Positions 29,224 through 35,216 of a stretch of DNA of 64,000 nt are shown one piece after another. The notes beneath the pieces are model-generated. The model had not been told where the DNA came from, did not search any database, and was given only the letters and a program-made list of their open reading frames with translations. Numbering within the stretch: the first letter of the stretch is position 1; every line of letters starts with the position of its first letter. A program made the position numbers and the translations under genes. This DNA comes from an uncultured Campylobacterales bacterium (GTDB taxonomy: Bacteria; Campylobacterota; Campylobacteria; Campylobacterales; Sulfurovaceae). The DNA lies in contig CAZFNK010000008.1 in NCBI GenBank assembly GCA_964520575.1, positions 2,458-66,457 on the forward strand, written 5' to 3'.

Positions 29224-29823
29224 TTAGTGCAAAGGATTTATTTCATTGTGAATAATATCGGCTGCAGTTCCGGCAGGCTTAATACTTAAAGAGGTAGATG
29301 TATACAAACCTCCTAATATATTGTCGATAAAGCCAATTCCTTTCCCTGTCAAATAGGCGCCAATATAATAGTTTGGCCTTTTGAGCACATCATTACCAAG
29401 TTTTTCTAAAATATCCATCTTGTGGTATTTTAATCCATACATCAAAAGCTTATATTCGGCTTTTGCTTCCATTTTGTACCATCCAATTCTATTGCCGTGT
29501 TGCCAATCTCTGAATCCGGTTGATCTACCCAAATAATCACCATAAGCATACAATGCTTTCGGAGCAGATACAACACCTTCGGCCAAATCTTTTCCACCTT
29601 TTGCGGCATTTTTCAACAACGAGCCTTTGCGCACCCTTCCAAACGCAGCTTTTTCCGCCATCATGTCAGACCAAGCCTCATTATACAAATAAACCACCAT
29701 CGCCGTCAAGGCACCCTCGGCAAAATCCCCGCCAGAGGCCGCAGAGGCCATCCCGCCAAAGAGCGCGGCGATGGTGGCCTCTCCTATAGGATTGGCTCCC
29801 TGGAGCCCCATCCCGGCGATCAT
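29224..29823 (-). CDS. polymorphic-toxin cassette 3: pre-toxin module + unique C-terminal domain
   Basis: MIAGMGLQGANPIGEATIAALFGGMASAASGGDFAEGALTAMVVYLYNE followed by a unique 145 aa. The ATG is the in-module Met; module homology extends upstream to 29845. Confidence 0.65.
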   Translation of the reverse strand: MIAGMGLQGANPIGEATIAALFGGMASAASGGDFAEGALTAMVVYLYNEAWSDMMAEKAAFGRVRKGSLLKNAAKGGKDLAEGVVSAPKALYAYGDYLGRSTGFRDWQHGNRIGWYKMEAKAEYKLLMYGLKYHKMDILEKLGNDVLKRPNYYIGAYLTGKGIGFIDNILGGLYTSTSLSIKPAGTAADIIHNEINPLH

Positions 29824-29845
29824 GGCGCCGCTGAGCTTGGAAGCA
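29677..29845 (-). repeat. pre-toxin module copy, cassette 3 (full length)
   Basis: Starts 6 nt after the stop codon at 29851-29853 of the preceding immunity gene and ends at the GAG (E) of LYNE. Confidence 0.9.
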
Positions 29846-29850
29846 AATTG

Positions 29851-30369
29851 TTAAATATGACTTCTCAAAAAAGCTTTTAAAATTTGTTCTTCTGCTGTAT
29901 TACAATGCACAAAACACGAAAAATATTGTGCATCGTGGTCAGGCACAATTGTTATTGCACCATCATACACAGTAGTCTCACCATTGTATTTATCAAACAC
30001 TTGATCTTTCAATCCCATAATCATGGACATCACATGCTCTTCTTCCGGTTCTGTCACATAAAACAGCATTGATTCTAATATTTCATCGATATGATTAATG
30101 TCAAGCTTCTGATTAAAATATCGAGAAGTCTCTTGAGAATTTCTGCCAAAAAATTTTACGACAGAAAACCTTTCTATCTTCATTTTGTTCGCAACAATGC
30201 TTGTGTAACCATTTTCATAAAAAAAATCAATCAATTCCTTGGCTGTTTTAACTATTTGCTTTTTAATCTCGGTATTGTTATCAGAAAGCGTTGCATAAAT
30301 TATTTCACCATATTCTATTGTCAAAATACATTCTTGGGCGTCAACATTGAAGCAAAAATTTTTTAGCAT
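29851..30369 (-). CDS. putative immunity protein of cassette 2 (cytosolic, acidic)
   Basis: 172 aa from ATG 30369, with no TM. TAATG overlap with the toxin stop and a GGAGG RBS inside the toxin 3' end. Confidence 0.6.
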   Translation of the reverse strand: MLKNFCFNVDAQECILTIEYGEIIYATLSDNNTEIKKQIVKTAKELIDFFYENGYTSIVANKMKIERFSVVKFFGRNSQETSRYFNQKLDINHIDEILESMLFYVTEPEEEHVMSMIMGLKDQVFDKYNGETTVYDGAITIVPDHDAQYFSCFVHCNTAEEQILKAFLRSHI

Positions 30370-30905
30370 TACCAACCTCCTTCATATGGTCTATGGTACT
30401 GCATACTTTTTTGAGAAAGTCCTCGATGATAGTGCCAGTATTTTATATTTTTCCCATATGGCAAATTAAACTTTTTTGATAGCCTTGGAGAAAAGCCATG
30501 CTTTTCAATCCGCAAAACTGGCTGACCTGTTGACTTTAATCTTATCTGCAAAGGCTTGGCTTTTCCAAGAAATTCAAAAGCCAGTTTTCCACCTATAGCC
30601 GCTTCACCAACCATGAACTCAGCTTGATAAATAGGACCTTTTGCATACTCTGGGGCACCATCCAATGCCGCCATGGCACCATTGTATCCTCTTTTGACTG
30701 CCTTTCCTGCATCACGAGCGATACGACCGCTTTTGATCTCGCCATACAGTTTTTGCATAGATTGACCAAGCGTAAGCTCATTATACAAATAAACCACCAT
30801 CGCCGTCAAGGCACCCTCGGCGAAATCTCCTCCAGAGGCCGCTGAGGCCATCCCGCCAAAGAGCGCGGCGATGGTGGCTATTATCCAAGTTGGCAATAAT
30901 CGCAA
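30369..30905 (-). CDS. polymorphic-toxin cassette 2: 5'-truncated pre-toxin module + unique basic C-terminal domain
   Basis: ATIAALFGGMASAASGGDFAEGALTAMVVYLYNE followed by a unique 135 aa ending ...KYWHYHRGLSQKSMQYHRPYEGGW. Only a TTG start; the first in-frame ATG is 30851, inside the module. Confidence 0.6.
   Translation of the reverse strand: MRLLPTWIIATIAALFGGMASAASGGDFAEGALTAMVVYLYNELTLGQSMQKLYGEIKSGRIARDAGKAVKRGYNGAMAALDGAPEYAKGPIYQAEFMVGEAAIGGKLAFEFLGKAKPLQIRLKSTGQPVLRIEKHGFSPRLSKKFNLPYGKNIKYWHYHRGLSQKSMQYHRPYEGGW
30777..30878 (-). repeat. pre-toxin module copy, cassette 2 (3' part only)
   Basis: Homology begins at gccaccatcgcc (ATIA). The ASKLSGAMIAGMGLQGANPIGE part is missing. Confidence 0.9.
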
Positions 30906-30932
30906 AGAAACAGCAAAAGAAAATATTGTTTT

Positions 30933-31421
30933 TTATTTTTTCCTCATCACTTTATTTTGACTGTGGTCATCAAACTCTAAATATGCATGAATAAAGTCTT
31001 TCTCTTGTTTGGATAGATTTTTGTATTCACCGGTATATTTAATCTTCTCAATATATTTAGTTAGCTCAATTTTATCTGCTTCTATTGCATCGGAAAAGTC
31101 TTGTGCAAAATATGCAAAAGGATATTGTTCATAATCCTGTAAGAATTTTACATAATAATAAAATCTCTCTTCAACCGACAACTCTTTAATGCAAGGAAAT
31201 ACAGCTATCATCGAATCCATGGCATAATCATCATAAAAGAGTTTTATATATTTGGATATGGCTATCCATCTGTAATAGCTTGCAAGCCTACTTTTCTTCC
31301 CTATCTCTTTCTCTATCTGCTTGCCTTGATAATATACATCGGTAACAACATAAAGTATGCCCGCAAAAAATGCAACAAATACCAAGCTCAAAAAAAGTAC
31401 TGTTCTTGCATATTTTTTCAT
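30933..31421 (-). CDS. putative immunity protein of cassette 1 (N-terminally membrane-anchored)
   Basis: 162 aa with a single N-terminal TM (VLFLSLVFVAFFAGILYVV). ATGA overlap with the cassette-1 toxin stop (31418-31421). Confidence 0.6.
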   Translation of the reverse strand: MKKYARTVLFLSLVFVAFFAGILYVVTDVYYQGKQIEKEIGKKSRLASYYRWIAISKYIKLFYDDYAMDSMIAVFPCIKELSVEERFYYYVKFLQDYEQYPFAYFAQDFSDAIEADKIELTKYIEKIKYTGEYKNLSKQEKDFIHAYLEFDDHSQNKVMRKK

Positions 31422-32104
31422 TTTATTTCCAATGTTCCATAATAGGTAATGCTATTTTGCCAGTTATACCAATGTGGACCTTGATAAAATTTTATTTGCT
31501 TTGTTTTAGTGTTAAGCAAAAGACTCCTGACTGCTTGCCACTGTTTAAGATTATTTTTAATCGTTACACATCCAAAACTCAAAGCACCGTTATATAATCT
31601 TATTCCCGATCTTCCATTATGGTAATCATCAATTCTGCCATCGTTATATAACAATGAAAACCAACCTGGATGCTTTTGGGGATTTACATTATCTGTTATC
31701 AAGTATTTCCCTGATGGAGCAGCCTTCTGCCTGACACCACCATCGGTCACAGCAACTCGGCCATGTGCATCAACCTTTCCACCCGTAAAAGCATCTACGA
31801 CTACATGTTCACCCGTGTCATTGTCAGCCATATAAAGTTTCTCTTCTTTCGTGTCAAGTACCGCACTGACCTCATTATACAAATAAACCACCATCGCCGT
31901 CAAGGCACCCTCAGCAAAATCTCCTCCAGATGCCGCTGAGGCCATCCCGCCAAAGAGCGCGGCAATGGTGGCCTCTCCTATAGGATTGGCTCCCTGGAGC
32001 CCCATCCCGGCGATCATGGCTCCGCTGAGTTTGGAGGCGATGGCGGAGATGAAGCCGGTCTTGAAATCTCCGCCTCTAAGAACCGTGATGAGCCCCTGGG
32101 TCAT
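31418..32104 (-). CDS. polymorphic-toxin cassette 1: longer N-terminal stub + pre-toxin module + L,D-transpeptidase-like (DUF2778/Tlde1-like) C-terminal domain
   Basis: ...GGDFKTGFISAIASKLSGAMIAGMGLQGANPIGEATIAALFGGMASAASGGDFAEGALTAMVVYLYNE, then a CT containing GKYLITD, HPGWFSLL and GRSGIRLYNGALSFGCVTI. The frame stays open upstream of the ATG to 32227. Confidence 0.65.
   Translation of the reverse strand: MTQGLITVLRGGDFKTGFISAIASKLSGAMIAGMGLQGANPIGEATIAALFGGMASAASGGDFAEGALTAMVVYLYNEVSAVLDTKEEKLYMADNDTGEHVVVDAFTGGKVDAHGRVAVTDGGVRQKAAPSGKYLITDNVNPQKHPGWFSLLYNDGRIDDYHNGRSGIRLYNGALSFGCVTIKNNLKQWQAVRSLLLNTKTKQIKFYQGPHWYNWQNSITYYGTLEIK
31871..32037 (-). repeat. pre-toxin module copy, cassette 1 (full length)
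   Basis: Near-identical to 29677-29845. Upstream of it, unique GC-rich coding-like sequence continues to about 32190. Confidence 0.9.
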
Positions 32105-32236
32105 TCCGTGGCTCAGAGCCAGCCCGAAGTTCCAGCCATGCGTCCCGAAGGCCTCGGGCAGTCCGCTGGCAAACGAAGAATTGATCGAATAAGCAAGATG
32201 TTGCAGTATAATTTTATAATAATTTATCTAATGATA

Positions 32237-32710
32237 TTATATCCTGCTTTGACTCTTCAATGCAATTGACAGTTTCTCTAATAAAGTCTTATCCAATTTT
32301 TTTCTTATTTTTTCAAATCTTGAGGTGGCTTTCTCATACTCCCGATTAGTAAAAAAAATCTTAATATTTTGTTTGCGGATAAATTTGTCAAAATTATTTT
32401 TGTTATATGATGAATACACAGTATTGCTTTTCTTATCGATGACAATATAGCTTAACGCTTTATCAAAAAAAATTTTTTCGTCAGGGCAATTAAAATATCT
32501 TAAAGGATACCTTATAGCAATAATGTAATTATCATTATATTTTACATCAAGGATATAGCTTAAATGTAATTTTTTATTTGCGAACGATCTTATTGCATCA
32601 TAGCCACTATAGTATAAAAAGTAATCTCCCTTCCCAAGTTTGCCCTCATTGTAATACCAATAATGCAATGAGGCAAACGCTAAGATAATAACAATAAATA
32701 TTTTCTTCAT
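32237..32710 (-). CDS. orphan immunity-like secreted/membrane-anchored protein
   Basis: 157 aa, N-terminal hydrophobic segment MKKIFIVIILAFASL, very AT-rich, no family recognised. Its ATG lies 2 bp from the IS end. Confidence 0.5.
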   Translation of the reverse strand: MKKIFIVIILAFASLHYWYYNEGKLGKGDYFLYYSGYDAIRSFANKKLHLSYILDVKYNDNYIIAIRYPLRYFNCPDEKIFFDKALSYIVIDKKSNTVYSSYNKNNFDKFIRKQNIKIFFTNREYEKATSRFEKIRKKLDKTLLEKLSIALKSQSRI

Positions 32711-32712
32711 AA

Positions 32713-32750
32713 GGTAATCCCCCCATTTCCCAACCCCACTAAAAGTAGAA
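32713..32750. repeat. IS terminal inverted repeat (orfB-proximal end)
   Basis: GGTAATCCCCCCATTTCCCAACCCCACTAAAAGTAGAA. The terminal GGTAATCCC and subterminal AAAAGTAGAA match the rc of the other end. Confidence 0.75.
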
Positions 32751-33578
32751 TTAGGCTACAAGAGCCAACTTCTGGGCAGGAGTGATCCCGCCTATTGCCG
32801 TATTGGGTCGTTCGTTATTATACACCCAAAGCCATTTGGTTGCAAACTCTCTCACCTCCTCGATAGAATTAAATATGTATTGATTGAGCCATTCATACCG
32901 TACAGTACGGTTATATCTTTCGATATAAGCATTCTGCTGCGGTTTGCCAGGTTGAATATATTGCAAGACTATATTTTGCTTTGTTGCCCAATTTTGCAAT
33001 GCTGCCGAAATATACTCAGGACCGTTATCACACCGTATGATCTTTGGCTTTCCTCTCCATTCAATGATTCTCTCTAAAGCTCTTATCACTCTTTGTGAAG
33101 GCAAAGAGAAATCAGCTTCAATCTCCAGTCCTTCACGGTTATAATCATCATTCACATTAAAGAGCCTGAAGCTTCTGCCGTCACCGAGATTATCATGCAT
33201 AAAATCCATAGACCATACTTCATTAGGCATAGAAGACACACTAAGAGGTTCCGGTGTTTCGCGTTTGATACGCTTTTTAGGCTTGATGCGCATATTCAGT
33301 TCCGGCTCTTTGTATATCCTGTACACCCTTTTATGATTCCATCCATATCCTTTGACATTACGAAGATATAAAAAACAGAGTCCAAAGCCCCAGTTTTTTT
33401 GATTATGTGTCAGACGTATGAGCCAATCTGCTATCAGTTCATTTTCTTCATTGAGTTTGGATTCATATCTATAACAATACTCACTGATCTTAAAAGCTTT
33501 ACAGGCTAAACGGATCGTAATCTGTTTTTCTTCAACCGCTTTGACAGCAATCTTTTTACGCAAAGATGGCTTTACCAC
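32751..33578 (-). CDS. IS3-family transposase OrfB (DDE integrase core)
   Basis: An rve-type core (WSMDFMHD..., CDNGPEYIS..., [16 protein letters not shown]). It has no own ATG and is entered by a -1 frameshift from orfA. Confidence 0.9.
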   Translation of the reverse strand: MVKPSLRKKIAVKAVEEKQITIRLACKAFKISEYCYRYESKLNEENELIADWLIRLTHNQKNWGFGLCFLYLRNVKGYGWNHKRVYRIYKEPELNMRIKPKKRIKRETPEPLSVSSMPNEVWSMDFMHDNLGDGRSFRLFNVNDDYNREGLEIEADFSLPSQRVIRALERIIEWRGKPKIIRCDNGPEYISAALQNWATKQNIVLQYIQPGKPQQNAYIERYNRTVRYEWLNQYIFNSIEEVREFATKWLWVYNNERPNTAIGGITPAQKLALVA

Positions 33579-33838
33579 TTTTTTTCGAGTGCCTCCTGTA
33601 CTATTTCTGCTTTAAGACGCTCTTCTGCGTACATCTTTTTTAAACGACGGTTCTCCTCTTCAAGCTCTTTAAGTTTTTTCATCAAAGAGGCATCCATCCC
33701 TCCATATTTACTACGCCAGTTATAAAAAGTAGCACTGCTTATACCGTGCTCTCTACAAAGCTCTGGTACCGGTATACCACTCTCTGCCTGTTTTAAAATT
33801 GCCAATATCTGCGTATCGCTAAATCGCGACTTCTTCAT
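33572..33838 (-). CDS. IS3-family transposase OrfA (HTH)
   Basis: [44 protein letters not shown] plus a leucine-zipper-like end. GGAG RBS. Confidence 0.9.
   Translation of the reverse strand: MKKSRFSDTQILAILKQAESGIPVPELCREHGISSATFYNWRSKYGGMDASLMKKLKELEEENRRLKKMYAEERLKAEIVQEALEKKW
33578..33585 (-). promoter_or_regulatory. programmed -1 ribosomal frameshift site (A AAA AAG)
   Basis: Minus-strand GAAAAAAAGTGG at the end of orfA. Slipping -1 reads ...[14 protein letters not shown], which is the OrfB N-terminus. Confidence 0.75.
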
Positions 33839-33870
33839 AGAAAATCTCCTTACAATATTTTACTGGAATT

Positions 33871-33910
33871 TTCTACTTTTGGGAAGATTGGGTTTTTGGG
33901 AGGGATTACC
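33871..33910. repeat. IS terminal inverted repeat (orfA-proximal end)
   Basis: The rc reads GGTAATCCCTCCCAAAAACCCAATCTTCCCAAAAGTAGAA. Confidence 0.75.
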
Positions 33911-34014
33911 GTTCCTTAAAATAATCTTTTCCAGATAAATTATACTTTTCGTAACACTTTTTTGTCAGTTTGAGCCTTAAGATTCCTTTTACCCAAATTT
34001 GTTATACTTGCTGT

Positions 34015-34105
34015 CTCAATTCTCTCGGGGTGCCGCAAGGCTGAGAAGATGATCCGTCTACCCGTCGAACTTGAACCAGACAACACTGGCGTAAGGAAGA
34101 GATAC
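34015..34105 (+). promoter_or_regulatory. TPP (THI-box) riboswitch
   Basis: CTCGGGGTGCCGCAAGGCTGAGA...ACCCGTCGAACTTGAACCAGACAACACTGGCGTAAGGAAGAG matches the conserved GGGGUGC / GCUGAGA / ACCC..GAAC.UGA.C..G.UAA..C.GGCG.AGGGA core. It sits in the thiB leader. A possible SD-sequestering helix pairs CTATCC (34131-34136) with GGATAG (34160-34165). Confidence 0.82.
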
Positions 34106-34168
34106 TGCAACAATCTATCAGTACTTCTGCCTATCCCAGTTTTACAAACTAAAACACAAGGATAGAAA

Positions 34169-35179
34169 ATGAAAAACATCCACAAGATCACATTGGCAGC
34201 ATTGTTGGCTTTTGGGGCTACAGCTATCAAAGCTGCAGACAACAAACCTGTACTCAGGGTCTATACCTACGATTCTTTTGCAGCCGACTGGGGACCCGCA
34301 CCCAAGGTCAAGGAAGCGTTTGAGAAAGAAAACAACTGCACCGTAGAGTTCGTCCCCTCCTCCAGTGCTATCGGCTCTTTGCGCAAAATACAACTGGAGG
34401 GCAACTCCACTAAAGCCGATATCTTGCTGGGACTTGATACTTCCTCATATGAGCTTGGCAAGGTGACCGGGCTCTTTGCCAAGCATCATACAGATACAAG
34501 CAAGCTCACTCTTCCTCTCAAATGGGACGATGACGAATTTGTGCCCTATGACTATGCTTATTTTGCCTTTGTTTACGACAGCAACAGAACCAAAAAAGCT
34601 CCGACTTCCTTGGATGAGCTGGCCAATATGCCCAAAGATTTCAAGATCGTCATCGAAGATCCACGCTCCTCGACACCCGGCCTCGGGCTGCTGCTGTGGG
34701 TCAAAACTCAGTATGGCGACAAGGCATCTGAGTACTGGAAAAAGCTCGCCCCGCATATCCTCACTATCACCAAGGGGTGGTCAGAAGCTTACAATCTCTT
34801 TCTCAAGGGCGAAGCTGATATGGTCCTCTCATACACTACCTCACCGGCATACCATATGATCGCTGAGCATAAATATCAGTACAAAACAGCTAACTTCTCA
34901 GCAGGCCATTACGGTCAGATCGAAGTAGCCGCGGCCCTCAAATCCTCCAAGCACCCTAAACTGGCACAGAAGTTCCTTGACTTTATCACCTCCGAAAAAT
35001 TTGCCGATATCATCCCTACTACCAACTGGATGTATCCTGTGCGCAAAACTTCTAAGGGACTGCCAAAAGATTTTGAGAAACTCTTTGTGCCTTCCAAGAT
35101 GCTCCTGATAGACGGCAAAACAGTACAAGAAAATCGCAAAAGATGGATCGAGGAGTGGTCAGAAGCACTAAAAAAGTAA
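34169..35179 (+). CDS. thiB: thiamine ABC transporter substrate-binding protein
   Basis: Signal peptide. TbpA-like sequence (RVYTYDSFAADWGPAPKVKEAFE). Preceded by a TPP riboswitch and followed by thiP/thiQ. Confidence 0.9.
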   Translation: MKNIHKITLAALLAFGATAIKAADNKPVLRVYTYDSFAADWGPAPKVKEAFEKENNCTVEFVPSSSAIGSLRKIQLEGNSTKADILLGLDTSSYELGKVTGLFAKHHTDTSKLTLPLKWDDDEFVPYDYAYFAFVYDSNRTKKAPTSLDELANMPKDFKIVIEDPRSSTPGLGLLLWVKTQYGDKASEYWKKLAPHILTITKGWSEAYNLFLKGEADMVLSYTTSPAYHMIAEHKYQYKTANFSAGHYGQIEVAAALKSSKHPKLAQKFLDFITSEKFADIIPTTNWMYPVRKTSKGLPKDFEKLFVPSKMLLIDGKTVQENRKRWIEEWSEALKK

Positions 35180-35216
35180 CAAGAAAAAGTAGCAAGTAAA
35201 AGTACAGGAGCCGCCA

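Larger units (their letters stand above)
32713..33910 (-). mobile_element. IS3-family insertion sequence (IS407-like organisation), 1198 bp
   Basis: Imperfect terminal inverted repeats, orfA (HTH) and orfB (DDE rve) overlapping at an A7G slippery site. No flanking direct repeat (left flank ..cataa, right flank gttcc..). Confidence 0.88.

Noticed and set aside
27489-32037. Six copies of a conserved ~60-170 bp sequence separated by unique sequence: could this be a CRISPR array?
   Set aside because: The spacing is irregular (about 0.4-1.1 kb). The repeats are protein-coding in one frame (Gly/Ala-rich peptide ending in LYN) and of unequal length. The intervening DNA contains coupled ORF pairs. 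There are no cas genes. The pattern is fully explained as toxin-cassette modules.
33940-34393. Minus-strand ORFs 33940-34245 and 34142-34393
   Set aside because: They overlap the TPP riboswitch and the thiB 5' end on the opposite strand. There is no coding signal.
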